DNA of 64,000 nucleotides from the human T2T-CHM13v2.0 reference genome, Homo sapiens (GCF_009914755.1 NC_060943.1), one strand, 5' to 3'; positions 1 through 27,648 are shown, numbered from the stretch's first letter. A program made the numbers and translations. The notes: generated by a model not told the origin, from the letters alone.

Positions 1-705
1 CTTCTCAGAATTCAGGCCTGTCCTGGGAATGCTACAGGGTACAGCCCATTTAAGCTCCTGTATAGACGCTCCTTTTTATTAGGCCCCAGTCTCATTCGAC
101 ACCAGACCAACTTAGACTGTGCCCCAAAAAATACTTGTCATCCCTACTATCTTCTGTCTAATCATACTCCTATTCACCATTCTCAACTACTCATACATGC
201 CCTGCTCTTGTTTACACGGCCGGTTTACACTGTTTTTCCAAGCCATCACAGCTGATATCTCTTGGTGCTATCCCCAAACTGCCACTCTTAACTCTTGAAG
301 TAAATAAATAATCTTTGCTGGCAGGACTATGCTGAATCTCCTTAGGCACTCTCTAATCAGATATCCTGAGTCATCCCAATTCTTAGACCTTTTATACCTG
401 TTTTTCTCCTTCTGTTATTCCATTTAGTTTTTCAATTCATACAAAACCGTATCCAGGCCATCATCAATCATTCTATACGACAAACGTTTCTTCTAACATC
501 CCCACAATATCACCCCTCACCACAAGACCTCCCTTCAGCTTAATCTCTCCCACTCTAGGTTCCCACGCCGCCCCTAATCCCGCTTGAAGCAGCCCTGAGA
601 AACATCGCCCGTTCTCTCTCCATACCACCCCCCAAAAATGTTCGCCGCCCCAACACTTCAACACTATTTTGTTTTATTTTTCTTATTAATATAAGAAGGC
701 AGGAA
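1..705 (+). mobile_element. HERV-H internal 3' region (env remnant and polypurine tract), truncated by window start
   Basis: C-rich HERV-H-like sequence ending in the PPT AAGAAGGCAGGAA (693-705) directly before the LTR's TGTCAGG start; no long ORF. Confidence 0.88.
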
Positions 706-1400
<695 letters not shown>

Positions 1401-1608
1401 TCACTTGGCCAAGGTCACACAGCCATGAGGTACAGGGGCAAACAATGGACTTGGGCCACACTAATCGCAGCCGTCACCCCTACTCTGTCACATACAGGCA
1501 TCTGTGTAAAAATAAAATAAAATTACAATTACAAAAATAAAGTAGGGCCAGGTGCGATGGCTCATGCCTGTAACCCCAGCACTTTGGGAGGCCGAGGCGG
1601 GTGGATCA

Positions 1609-1825
<217 letters not shown>

Positions 1826-1850
1826 TCAAATAAGTAAATAAATAAAATAA

Positions 1851-2414
1851 AATCAAAATAGACCTACCATTTGATGCAGCAATCCCACTCCTGGGTGTCT
1901 ACCCAGCGGAAAAGAAGTCATTATACAGAAAAGATACTTGCACACACATGTTCATTGCCACAATTTGTAATTGCAAAAATATGGAACCAGCCCAAATGCC
2001 CATCAATCAACGAGTGGATAAAGAAAATGTGGTATATATATATATATATATGCCATGGAATACTATTCAGCCATAAAGAGGAACAAAATAATGGCATTCA
2101 CAGCAACCTGGGTGGAATCCGAGGCTATTATTTTCAGTGAAGTAACTCAGGAATAGAAAACCAAACATCACATGTTGTTACTCATAAGTGGGAGCTAAGC
2201 TATGAGGTCGCAAAGGCATAAGAATGATACATTGAACTCTGGGGACTTGGGGAAAAGGTGGGAGTAGGGGTGATGGATAAAAGAGTACACATTTGGCATA
2301 GCGTGCCCTGCTCGGGTGATGGATGCACCAAAATCTCAGAAAACACCACTAAATAACTTATTAATGTAACCAAACACCACTTGCTCCCTAAGACTCTATT
2401 GAAATAAAAAATAA
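1851..2414 (+). mobile_element. L1 3' end fragment (L1PB/L1MA-like)
   Basis: ORF2 C-terminus-like AKIWNQPKCPSINEWIKKMWYIY, then L1 3' UTR and A-rich tail. Confidence 0.85.
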
Positions 2415-2433
2415 GGGCCAGGCATGGTGGCTC

Positions 2434-3400
2434 TGTGGGGAAAAGCAAGAGAGATCGGATTGTTACTGTATCTGTATAGAACGAAGTAGACATAGGAGAC
2501 TCCATTTTGTTCTGTACTAAGACAAATTCTTCTGCCTTGAGATGCTGTTAATCTATGCCCTTACCCCCAACCCCATGCTCTCTGAAACATGTGCTGTGTC
2601 CACTCAGGGTTAAATGGATTAAGGGCGGTGCAGGATGTGCTTTGTTAAACAGACGCTTGAAGGCAGCATGCTCCTTAAGAGTCATCACCACTCCCTAATC
2701 TCAAGTACCCAGGGACACAAACACTGCGGAAGGCCGCAGGGACCTCTGCCTAGGAAAGCCAGGTATTGTCCAAGGTTTCTCCCCATGTGATAGTCTGAAA
2801 TATGGCCTCATGGGAAGGGAAAGACCTGACCGTCTCCCAGCCCGACACCCGTAAAGGGTCTGTGCTGAGGAGGATTAGTAAAAGAGGAAGGCATGCCTCT
2901 TTGCTGTTGAGACAAGAGGAAGGCATCCGTCTCCTGCCCGTCCCTGGGCAATGGAATGTCTCGGTGTAAAACCTGATTGTATGTTCCATCTACTGAGATA
3001 GGGGAAAACCGCCTTAGGGCTGGAGGTGGGACATGCGGGCAGCAATACTGCTCCGTAAGGCATTGAGATGTTTATGTGTATGCATATCTAAAGCACAGCA
3101 CTTAATTCTTTACCTTGTCTGTGATACAGAGACCTTTGTTAACGTGTTTATCTGCTGACCTTCTCTCCACTATTATCCTATGACCCTGCCACATCCCCCT
3201 CTCTGAGAAACACCCCAAAATGATCAATAAATACTAAGGGAACTCAGAGGCCGGGGGATCCTCCGTATGCTGAACGCTGGTCCCCTGGGCCCCCTTATTT
3301 CTTTCTCTATACTTTGTCTCTGTGTCTTTTTCTTTTCCAAGTCTCTTGTTCCACCTAACGAGAAACACCCACAGGTGTGGAGGGGCAACCCACCCCTTCA
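2434..3400 (+). mobile_element. Solo HERV-K(HML-2) LTR5, LTR5B-like, inserted in an Alu
   Basis: TGTGGGGAAAAGCAAGAGAG...CCCACCCCTTCA, 967 bp; AATAAA 3226-3231; Alu split at 2416-2433 and 3401-3685; imperfect TSD GGCTC/TGCTC. Confidence 0.93.
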
Positions 3401-3686
3401 TGCTCACGCCTGTAATCCCAGCACTTTGGGAGGCCGAGGTAGGCGGATTACCTGAGGTCAGGAGTTTGAGACCAGCCTGACCAGCATGGAGAAACCCCGT
3501 CTCTACTGAAAATACAAAATTAGCTGGGTGTGGTGGCGCATGCCTGTAATCCCAGCTACTAGGAAGGCTGAGGCAGGAGAATCACTTCAACCTGGGAGGC
3601 AGAGGGAGTGGTGAGCCGAGATCGCGCCATTGCACTCGAGCCTGGGCAACAAGAGTAAAACTCTGTTTAAAAAAAAAAAAAAATTA

Positions 3687-3983
<297 letters not shown>

Positions 3984-4123
3984 TTATATAAATCAATACA
4001 AATAAAGTTAATGTATTTTATTTAACCCACTATATCCAAAACATTATTATTTCATGCAATCAATATGAAAAGGTTATTCACGAATTACTTTTCATTCTTT
4101 TGTTCTTGTTGTTTTTAAATTAA

Positions 4124-4255
<132 letters not shown>

Positions 4256-4258
4256 TGA

Positions 4259-4447
<189 letters not shown>

Positions 4448-5444
4448 TAAATTAATTAAAATGCTTTTAAAAAGTCCAGAACAGGCCGGGAGCGGTGGCT
4501 CACGCCTCTAATCCCAGCACTTTGAGAGGCCGAGTTGGGCAGATCACCTGAGGTCAGGAGTTCGAGCCCAGCCTGGCCAACATGGTGAAACCCCGTCTCT
4601 ACTAAAAATACAAAAATCAGCTGGGCTTGGTGGTGCATGCCTGCAATCCTAGCTACTCGGGAGGATGAGGCAGGAGAATCCCTTTAACCTGGGAGGCAGA
4701 GGTTGCAGGGAGCCGAGATTGTGCCATTGCACTCCAGCCTGGACGACAGAGCAAGACAACATCTCAAAAAAAAAAAAAAAAAAAAAACAAGAAAGAAAAA
4801 CTAAAATGGTACCATGTTTTGCGTTTTTATTTTTTTTATTCTTAGTTGTTTTTTTTTTTTTTTTTGAGACATGATCTCACTCTGTCACCCAGGCTGGAGT
4901 ACAGTGGTGCAATCATGACTCACTGAAACCTCAAAACTCCTGGGCTCCAGCCATCCTCCTGCCTCAGTCTCCTGAGTAGCTGGGGTTTCAGGCACGTACC
5001 AGCACATCTGGCTAATTTCTTTTTTTAATTTTTAGTAGAGATGAGGTTTCACTATGTTGCCCAGGCTGGTCTCAAACTCCCGGGCTCAAGCAATCCTCCC
5101 TCCTTGGCCTCCCAAAGTGCTGAGATTACAGGCGTGAGCAACTGTGCTTGGTCCAAATTGGTATTACGTTTTCAATTCAGGCTTCAGATAGAAGGTACCC
5201 TAGTTTTATTGCCAAGAAGAGATATAATTTCTATAAAACAACTCTCCTATCTAGCTAGTTTTAGGAACACTCCTACTGGTCAAAGTATATAAAACTAAGG
5301 GGACCAGAGTTAGCTGTAACGACCTTGGGCTCCACATATGCCTGTACTTAAGAAAATTAATGAACATTCTTGGAAGGTGGAATGCATCTTTTACACCTGA
5401 GCAAATTGAGGCTTGGGTTACACAGCTCTGCCTGGCGCATGTGA

Positions 5445-5785
<341 letters not shown>

Positions 5786-6070
5786 TAGTCATTAACCGGT
5801 AACTGAAAATCACAAACAATTTCAATCTTAGGACTGATTGCCCAGCAGTCAATTCATGCAAGATACTTTTTTTTTTAAATTGAGGCTTCCGTGGATGGTG
5901 AAAATCAAAATTGGAATGATTTTCATATGGAACAATGAAAAGCGCCCCTTTCTGAGTTTTCTAGACTGACCTCTGACCTCTGTTTCGGAGGGCCCGGCTA
6001 GGGCTGGCCTGGGACTGCAGAGGATTTTGTTTTATTTCCTGTGGACTAAATTATGATAGGATTTTAGGCA

Positions 6071-6191
6071 CCAGTAGAGGGCGCTGAGACACAGGTGGGC
6101 GAGCAGAAGACAGGCTGTTCGAGGGGAAGTAAACCTAATCGCGTTCCCTTTAAACTTTGAAATGACTCACCACGGAGTCAACTGAGGAAGT
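6071..6191 (+). promoter_or_regulatory. Candidate CTCF site with AP-1 and PU.1/ETS motif cluster
   Basis: CCAGTAGAGGGCGC (6071-6084) matches CCASYAGRKGGCRS fully; GGGGAAGT 6123-6130, TGACTCA 6163-6169, GAGGAAGT 6184-6191 in an Alu-free island. Confidence 0.6.
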
Positions 6192-6447
6192 AAAACTTAA
6201 TAGGAATAGTCTCAGTGAACAATGCCATAAATTGACACGCAGCCAAGTGCCAAGTTCTGATACCAAATCAGTAAGAAATGCAAGTTAAAGGAATGCCATT
6301 GTTCCCTTAGGGGGAAAAAAACCTCTTCTTTGTTAAAGCCAGTGATGACCAGCAGAGGGTAAAGCCAGTTCAGAAGGTCAACCGGCAGTTTTAGAAATTA
6401 ATATGGTCTCACGCATGAATATTCTTACAGTAATTCTACTTGGGTGA

Positions 6448-6750
<303 letters not shown>

Positions 6751-6838
6751 TAAAGTGCTGGGATTACAGGCAAAAGCCACCGTGTCCAGCCACAAACTGT
6801 CTTATCAATGGCAACTGTCTCCTGATCTGTTGGCCTCA

Positions 6839-7238
<400 letters not shown>

Positions 7239-7958
7239 CTAGACTTAATCTGTTAGAGTCATTTATTTATTTTATGCACAGAATAACTTTGCAAAGAGGA
7301 ATGACTTTTTATTTGTTCCAGATTCTAAAATAATCTATGCAGTCTTCCGTGCAGGTTGAGATACTTAAAACTCTATCGGCAAAGGCCGGGCGTGGTGGCT
7401 CATGCCTGTAATCCCAGCACTTTGGGAGGCTGAGATGGGCGGATCACGAGGTCAGGAGATCGAGACCATCCTGGCTAACACAGTGAAACCCGGTCTCCAC
7501 TAAAAATACAAAAAATTAGCCTAGGAGGCAGAGCTTGCAGTGAGCTTGCAGATCATGCCACTGCACTCCAGCCTGGGTGACAGAGTGAGATTCCATCTCA
7601 AAACAAAACAAAACAAAACAAAAACTATCGGCAAAGTCACAGCCATGGCTAATTATCATACGTTTGTTCAGCAAATTCACCTTCTTTTTGCAAACATAAT
7701 TTACACCGTTTAATCGGGAATTTTACACAAAAAAAAAGATTCTAGAAAACATAGCTGTCCATAACTGTCATGGTTTCCAGGTTGCAAGTTCATAATCATT
7801 TGAATTATTCAAATGAGTCTCTAAATGCTACAAAAATAATGTCTTCTACAATGACAAGTTATGGAATAAATATATAGTTGATCCTAATTTCAGGACACTT
7901 GGTATGTAAATATTTGCTCACGTTTTTCTTTGATACGTACACAAAGACTAATGAGTAA

Positions 7959-8569
<611 letters not shown>

Positions 8570-8657
8570 TAGAGACGGGGTCTTACTATGTTGCCCAGGC
8601 TGAAATATATGTATTTTAAGGAAAGGATGAAGTAAATAGTATTTTAGTATATAAATA

Positions 8658-8745
8658 AGAGTTGAGTATCCTTTATCCAAAATGCTTGGGGCCAGAAGCG
8701 TTTCGGATTTCTGATTTTTCAGATTTTGGAATAATTGCATATAAC
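8658..8745. mobile_element. Tigger4/MER46-like DNA transposon fragment
   Basis: GTTGAGTATCCTTTATCCAAAATGCTTGGGGCCAGAAG terminus recalled from consensus. Confidence 0.6.
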
Positions 8746-8938
8746 CACAACAACCAACATTTACTGAGCACCACGTACTGTGTGTCAGGCAATGATCTGA
8801 GCCCTTTACATGCATTAAGTTACGTAATCACTCAACAACCCACGAGGTGTGTATTGTCATCAGTTTCGGTCCACAAAGGGGAAGCAGAGCGGAGAGGAAA
8901 CCTGCGCAGGAGTGCGCTCAATACCTTTTGCTGTGTAA

Positions 8939-9286
<348 letters not shown>

Positions 9287-9349
9287 TGATCCGCCCCGCC
9301 TCGGCCTCCCAAAGTGCTGGGATTATAGGCATGAGCCACGGTGCCCAGC

Positions 9350-9428
9350 CCCTCCCTCCTTTCCTTCCTTCCTTCCTTCCTACCTTCCTTCCCTCCCTCC
9401 CTCCCTTCTTTCTCTCTTTCTTCTTTTT
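9350..9428. repeat. (CCTT/CCCT)n pyrimidine tract from an Alu tail
   Basis: Direct reading. Confidence 0.85.
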
Positions 9429-9716
9429 GTGGAGAAGGAGTCCTGCTCTTTTGCCCAGGCTGGAGTGCAATGGCGCGATCTTGGCTCACTGCAACCTCCA
9501 CCTGCCAGGTTTGGCGATTCTCCTGCCTCAGCCTCCCGAGTAGCTGGGACCACAGGCACCCACCATCACGGCACGGCCAACTAATTTTTGTATTTTTAGT
9601 AGAGATGGGGTTTCACCATATTGGTCAGGCTGGGTCTGGAAATCCTGACCTTGTGATCCGCCCGCCTCGGCCTCCCAAAGTGCTGGGATTGCAGGCGTGA
9701 GCCACTGCGCCCGCCT

Positions 9717-9893
9717 AGTTCCTGTTCTGAAGTTTTTAATAAACTTTCACTAATGCTCTAAAGCTTGCCTTGGTCTCTCCTGCCTTATTCCCCTCAGTGG
9801 AATTCTTTCTTCTGAAGAGGCAAAAATGGAAGTTGCTGCAGACTCATACGCATTCTCCGCTGCTAACATACTTTGGTGCTCTGTGACTCAGAT
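9717..9893 (+). mobile_element. ERV1-class LTR 3' part with a tRNA-His-like PBS (family not assigned)
   Basis: AATAAA ~9738; terminus GCTAACA at 9868; TGGTGCTCTGTGACTCAGAT (9874-9893) resembles the His PBS TGGTGCCGTGACTCGGAT. Confidence 0.55.
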
Positions 9894-10172
9894 ACTTTCC
9901 CTACTGACATTCAAGTACAATAAATAAAATAAAATAAAATAAAAGAATGGTAGGTCTCATCCGAAGGCTCTAGGAGAAAATCAGATTAAAAAAAGAAAGA
10001 GGCCGGGCGCGGTGGCTCACGCCTGTAATCCCAGCACTTTGGGAGGCCGAGGCGGGCAGATCACGAGGTCAGGAGATCGAGACCATCCTGGCTAACACAG
10101 TGAAACCCCGTCTCTACTAAAAATACAAAAAAATTAGCCGGGCGCGGTGGCGGGCACGTGTAGTCCCAGCTA

Positions 10173-10448
<276 letters not shown>

Positions 10449-10471
10449 TTAGCCAGACATGGTGGCATTCA

Positions 10472-10585
<114 letters not shown>

Positions 10586-10602
10586 CTAAAAAAAAAAAAA
10601 AA

Positions 10603-11201
<599 letters not shown>

Positions 11202-12266
11202 TATACACGCTTATATTTCTCAAAAACACCCTATGAGTTCAGAGCTTGCCAGATGTAGAGGACCTCACAGTTGACAACCTGAGTGACAGCTGTCAACTCA
11301 TGTGTCCTATGTCTCCCCGGTATTTATGGAGAGCCCAGCTGGGCTCCATAACCCAGTCCTTGGGGATCTGTTTCCCAAATGCCTCTCTCCAAACGTTGCC
11401 GGCTGCCAGATCTCATGTTTTACTCCTCTTCCCCTCGTTCACTCTCCTCCAGCACAGCGTTCATTTTACTCTTTTTAGAACAGGCAAAACACACTCCCAC
11501 CTCCAGGCATCCGGATCTGCTATTCCCTCCACCAGAGATGCTCTCCTTGGAGGCATGCGGGCCCCACATCAAGCACTGTCTCTGGAGAGGCTTTCTCTCG
11601 TCACCTCTCCTAGAATTGCATTGGTTACTCCTGCTCTCATGCCCAGCTTTTTTTCTTTATCACACACGTCACTGTCTGACATAGTGTGACATGTCTGTGT
11701 GTTCCTGTGGGTAATTATTGGTCTTCCCTTAAAGTGCAGGAATGCCATGAGGACAGGGACTTTTTTTGTTTTTGTTTTAAGACAGGGTCTGTCTCTATCA
11801 CCCAGGCTGGAGGGCAGTGATGTGATCACTGCTCACTGCAGCCTTAACTTCCCTGGGTTCAAGCAATTCTCCCATCTCAACCTCCCGAGTAGCTGGGACC
11901 ACAGGCACATGCCATCATGCCCGGCTAATGTTTGTATCTTTTTTTTGTAGAGACAGGGTCTTGTCATGTTGGCCAGGCTGGTTTCGAACTCCTGGCTTCA
12001 GGTGAACCACTGCCTCGGCCTCCCAAAGTGCTGGGATTACAGGCATGAGTCACCATGTCTGGCTAAGGGGACTTTGTTCTTTTTTTTTTTTTTTCCGGAG
12101 ACAGTCTCACTCTGTCACCCAGGCTGGAGCGTGCAGTGCTGTGATCTCGGCTCACTGCAACCCTCTGCCTCCCGGGTTCAAGCGATTCTCCCGCTTCAGC
12201 CTCCCGAGTAGCTGGGACTACAGGCGTGCACCACCACACTCAGCTCAGTTTTTGTATTGTTAGTAG

Positions 12267-12428
<162 letters not shown>

Positions 12429-12467
12429 TAACAGGGCACAATGCACTCTAGGATACTTGCCGAGTGA

Positions 12468-12854
<387 letters not shown>

Positions 12855-13259
12855 TGACCTCATGATCCGCCCACCTCGGCCTCCCAAAGTGCTGGCCATC
12901 GCGCCCGGCCTAAGATTCTTTTAAAAACAGAAACCAGATTGTGTCATTTCCAATCCTAACAACCCCTAATTGCTTCCTTTTCCACTTTGAACAAAAGCCA
13001 GCTTCTTTACGGTGTCCTAAAACGCCTTCCATGATCTGGATCCTGTTAGCCTTGGCTGCTTTCCTTCCTACCTCCAGGTTCCTCAGCTCTCCCTGTCTGA
13101 TCCACCCCATTAGCCGCTGCGCTGTTTTTCATACACCGGAAAGGATGCCTTTACTCAGGGCTCTTACGCTAACCCTTCCCTGTGTTGTAACATCCAGGCT
13201 TCCTTAGGATCTCCAGGTAGCCCCTCCTCCTCATTCTGTAGTTCTCAGCTGAGACATTA

Positions 13260-15055
<1,796 letters not shown>

Positions 15056-16035
15056 TGACCTCGTGATCTACCTGCCTCAGCCTCCCAAAGTGCTAGGATT
15101 ACAGGCATGAGCCACCGAGCCCGGCCAACACATACACTTTTCATTTGTCTATTTAAAAAAATCACTACTGGCCAGGCGCGGTGGCTCTTGCCTGTAATCC
15201 CAGCACTGTGGGAGGCTGAGGCGGGCGGATCACTTGATGTCAGGAGTTTGAGATCAGCCTGGCCAACATGGTGAAACCCCGTCTCTACTAAAAATATAAA
15301 AATTAGGTGGGCATGGTGGGCGCCTGTAGTCCCAGCTACTCGGGAGGCTGAGGCAGGAGAATCGCTTGAACCCAGGAAGCGGAGGCTGGCAGTGAGCCAA
15401 GATCGCGCCACTGCACTCCATTCTGGGCAACAGAGCAAGAATCTGTCTCAAAAAAAAAAAAAGGAAAGAAAAAAGAAATCCTTGCCAATCCTGATATCCC
15501 AGAGATGTTTCCCAATGCCTTGCTCTTGAATATTTATAGTTTTATCTTTCACACTTAGACATGTGAACCATCTAGAAATGTATTTGGGGTACGGTGTAAG
15601 GTCGGGGTCCTGGACCGAATACAGCTCCACAAAAATGTCTGTTCTCGACTGCAAAAAAGCAATGTGACTTTGTGCACAGATCAAGTGCATCTGTTTCTGA
15701 AATCTGTAGTGTTCTGTGTCATCAGCCTGCATTTCCATGGTTGCGACAATACCACATTATTTGCCTCATTTCCTACCGCAGTTCCTCAATCACTCTGAAT
15801 TCAGCGGCACTAGCCTCATTGCTCTCGGATGAGCACACCTATTGTGTACCACTCAGGGCGCCTGTGTCTGGACTGGCAGCCTTTCTTAGATGCTTTGGGT
15901 GGTGGTTCTGTCTTATCCTTCAGCCAGCAGCTCAGAGTCCTCCCCTCAAAAGGCCTTTCCCTGACCACTCCATCTAAAGTAGCTCACCCCAGCCTCCTAT
16001 ATCTTTTTTTTTTAATAATGCAACAGAGAAGGTGA

Positions 16036-16358
<323 letters not shown>

Positions 16359-16361
16359 TGA

Positions 16362-16520
<159 letters not shown>

Positions 16521-16903
16521 TGAGTAGCTGGGACTTGTATTTTTTAGTAGAGATGGGGTTTCCCCATGTTGCCCAGGCTGGTCTCAACTCCTGACCTCAG
16601 GTGATCCACCTGCCTCGGCCTCCCACAGTGCTGGGATGACAGGCATGAGCCACCACGCCCAGCCACCAGTCCCCTATATCTTATGTTCTGGTACATTTTG
16701 CTATACAAAAACAACTTATGTGTGTGTTTGCTGACTCATTGTCTCTCTCTTGCATGTGTGAACAGAGCAGCAGCAATAATGTTTGCATGTCTTGTTCACT
16801 GGCCATGTCCCCTGGGCATAGCATACGGTAGGGAATTCACTTTGGATGAAGAAAAATGATCCTCTTGCATCCATTCAGGATGAATGCATTCTACCCTCAG
16901 AGT

Positions 16904-16917
16904 CCTCTAGGGGGCAC
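16904..16917 (+). promoter_or_regulatory. Candidate CTCF motif
   Basis: CCTCTAGGGGGCAC, 13/14 to CCASYAGRKGGCRS. Confidence 0.4.
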
Positions 16918-16970
16918 CCGCACATGAATGCGCCCCTGCAGGGCACAGTTCTTGAGTTGTTTTTGTTTAA

Positions 16971-17189
<219 letters not shown>

Positions 17190-17322
17190 TAATTCTGTAT
17201 TTTTAGTAGAGATGGAGTTTCTCCATGTTGGTCAGGCTGGTCTCGAACTCCCGACCTCAGGTGATCCACCCACCTCAGCCTCCCAAAGTGCTGGGATTAC
17301 AGGCATGAGCCACTGCAACCAG

Positions 17323-17362
<40 letters not shown>

Positions 17363-18464
17363 GGGGTCTTGCTCAGTTTGTCCAGGCTGGAGTGTAGCGG
17401 TGCAGTCACAGCTCACTGCAGCCTCGCACTCCTGGGCTCAAGTGAGCCTCCTGCCTCAGCCTCCTGAGTAGCTGGAACTATAGGCACAACCACCTTGCCT
17501 GGCTAATTAAAAAAAAAATTTTTTTTTTAAAGAGTCAGGGTCTTGCTATATTGGCCAAGCTGATCTCAAATTCCTGACCTCAAGTGATTCTCCCACCTCA
17601 GCCTCCCAAAGTGTTGGGATTCCAGGCATGAGCCACCATGCACCAGGTCTGGCCTACAGCTTTTAACTACACATTTAGAAAGAGAAACCACAAGTGGTAA
17701 AAGCCTGGGTTCTGCCCTAGATTACCCGAAATGAGCTATTTTTATAGAAGCCTCCTGTGTGCAGGGGCTCATGCTAGGCCCCAAGGGCAGGCAGAGGTTG
17801 TTTTTTGTTTTTTGTTTTTTAATTTGTTTCTTTTTGAGACAGGGTCTCACTCTGTCGCCCAGGCTGGATGCTGTGGTGCAATCTCAGACCTGCAACCTCT
17901 GTCTCCCAGGTTCAAGGAATTCTCCTGCCTTGGCCTCTGGAGTAGCTAGGACAACAGGCACGCACCACCACGCCCAGCTAATTTTTGTATTTTTAGTAGA
18001 GACGGGGTTTCACCATGTTGGCCAGGATGGTTTTGAACTCCTGACCTCAGATGATCTGCCCGCCTCAGCCTCCCAAAGTGTTGGGATTACAGGCGTGAGC
18101 CACCGCGCCTGGCCTAAGGCAGAGGTTGTTGACTGGTCTCAGTTGCTGCTTGGAAGGGCCCCAGTCTCCTGCAGGGAGGGAGGGAGGATCCCACTATGGC
18201 TCCCAGAACTTTGCTTCCCAGCAAGAGGCACTAAATCAATCCCATGCTTGAGGATGGTGGGCCCTGAGAGAAATGAATCTTGGCCTCCAAGTGTTCAGAC
18301 TGTGTGGGGGACACTTGCTATTTACATTTGTGAAATGGGGCTGGTGACCTTGGCTCAGCGATGGGCTCCATCTCATCTCCTCCTGGAAGCTTGATGGAGG
18401 AAAAGCATCTACAGCCATTTGTTATCACTGGGCTCCTTGCCTGAAAGATTATAAATACTTCGTT

Positions 18465-21018
<2,554 letters not shown>

Positions 21019-21154
21019 GTGCCAAATTTTTTTGTAGAGACAGGGTCTCACTATGTTGCCCAGGCTGGTCTTGAACTATTGGCTTCAAGCAGTCCTCCTG
21101 CTTTGGCTTCCCAAAGTGCTGGGATTACAGGCATGAGCTGCCCTGTCCGGCAGG

Positions 21155-21640
<486 letters not shown>

Positions 21641-22273
21641 ATAAATATCCTTATTTTTATGTTTTCTCACCTGTAAGATTGCATCCTCATGCATCATTGT
21701 TCACTTAGGACTTCCTCCTAGAAAGCTTTTCATTTAGGTAAACAGAGCTTCCTCATCCTTTTAAGAAGATACAGACATGTTTGCATTATTGAATCTGCCA
21801 TCGTTCATCTCACCAGTCCCCTATAAGATGGAGTCTTGATCTATTTCCAGTCTTAGAAGTACATTCAGCAGGGGAGTTTTACAAATCAAATAGATTTCCT
21901 TCGTCGTTCCCCCAAAAATGCAGCCTACGTCTTCAAAACCGAAGACTTCAGTCTATTTTGCTTAAGGATGACAAAAGTCACCATCTGTTAATCCAATCTG
22001 CATCAGGAGAAAAACGAAAATCATCTCATGCGCATGAAACCTCCTCTTGGGCTATGTGAAGGGGAATTCCTGAGGGTCTCTTGCCATGCAGCAGGGAGAG
22101 CCTCTGGCTGTGGTGGCTCTTGTTTGGATCCGAGAAGCAGAGGAGGAATGTGTTGAAGGACTTTGAGTAAAAGCAAAAGAGCCGGGCGCGGTGGCTCACG
22201 CCTATAATCCCAGCACTTTGGGAGGCCGAGGCGGGCGGATCACGAGGTCAGGAGATCGAGACCATCCTGGCTA

Positions 22274-22456
<183 letters not shown>

Positions 22457-22550
22457 TCAAAAAAAAAAAAAAAAAAGCAGAAGAGCCACGACCTGGCTCA
22501 TGCCTATAATCCCAGCACTCTTGCGAGGCTGAGACAGGTGGATCATCTCA

Positions 22551-22858
<308 letters not shown>

Positions 22859-23236
22859 CTAATATCAGATGCAGCCACACCCCGGTGGGGAAGCCACCAT
22901 TACCACCACCACCACTGGGCACTGCCCTCCTGACATTGACTAGTGACACCTTTGCCCTTGCCACTGTACTTTAATTTTCTTTCTTTCTTTTTTTGAGACA
23001 GAGTCTCACCCTGTTGCCCAGGCTTCAGTGCAGTGGTGCGATCATAGCTCACTGCAGAATTGAACCCACGGGCTAAAGAGATCCTCCTATCTCAGCCTCC
23101 CAAGTAGCTGGGACCACAGTTGTACATGACCACACCCAGCTAGTCAGTGTTTTTCTAAAAAAAAAATTCATAGAGCCAGCCGAGGTGGCTCATGCCTGTA
23201 ATCCCAGCACTTTGGGAGGCCGAGGCAGGCGGATCA

Positions 23237-23484
<248 letters not shown>

Positions 23485-23707
23485 CTAAATTTTGTCAAAT
23501 ATTCTTTTAGCATATATAAGATGATCATACTGATTTTTTTTTTACTTTGTTAATATGATAAAGCTCATTAATGGTTTTTGAATATTAGCCATTCTGGGCT
23601 GGGCACAGTGGCTTACGGGTGGTTTTGGGAAACTGAGGCAGGAAAATTGCTTGAGCCCGGGAGTTCAAGACCAGCCTGGGCAACATGGCAAAACCCTGTC
23701 TTTACTA

Positions 23708-23830
<123 letters not shown>

Positions 23831-24099
23831 TCACGCCTCTGCACTCCAGCCTAGGAGACCCAGAGAGACTCTGTCTCAAAAAAAAAAAGAAAAAGAAAAA
23901 GAAAAAGAAAAAAAAGCCATTTTGGCATTTCTGGAATAAACCCCAGTTGGTCACAATGTATTTTTTTTTACTCTACCGCTGGAGTCTGAATGCTAATACA
24001 GGCTGACACACTCCAAAACCCAGAGCTCTATTCTGAGCCTAAGGAGTCCACACGAAATGAAGGCTGTGCTACCGTGCCATAGCCACAAAGAGCACTTGA

Positions 24100-24579
<480 letters not shown>

Positions 24580-24582
24580 TGA

Positions 24583-24792
<210 letters not shown>

Positions 24793-25068
24793 TAAAAATT
24801 GAGCAGAAGGTACAGAGATTTCCCTGTCCCCACACATGCACAGCCTCCCCAACTACCACCATCCCCAGCTAGTGGTAGATTTGTTACAGTGGATGAACCT
24901 CCGCTGATTTGACATGTCATCTTCACCCAGGGTCCACGGTTTACACTGGGGTTCACTTGGTGTCATAGAATCTATAGGTTCATACAAATGTATAATAATC
25001 AGTATTTACCACTATGGTGTCATAATACAGTTTCATTCTCCTAAAATATCTCTTACTCTGCCTATTCA

Positions 25069-25530
<462 letters not shown>

Positions 25531-25809
25531 TCACTGCAAACTCTGACTCCCAGGTTCAAGTAATTCTTCTGCCTCATCCTCCTGAGTAGCTGGGATTACA
25601 GGCATGCACCACCATACCTGGCTAATTTTTGTATTTTTAGTAGAGACAGGGTTTCACCATGTTGGCCAGGCTGGTCTTGAACTCCTGGCCTCAAGTGATC
25701 CGCCTGCCTCAACCTCGCAAAGTACTGGGATAACAGGCGTGAACCACTGCACCTGGCCAATCACTACTTTGTGTGTCCAGAAAATTTTCTTCCTCCTAAA
25801 AAGAAATCT

Positions 25810-27140
<1,331 letters not shown>

Positions 27141-27222
27141 ATATATATGCATATATATGATATGTGTGTGTGTGTATTTTAAATCCAACGAAATATTCTT
27201 TGAGTAGGAACATTGACTATCA

Positions 27223-27648
<426 letters not shown>

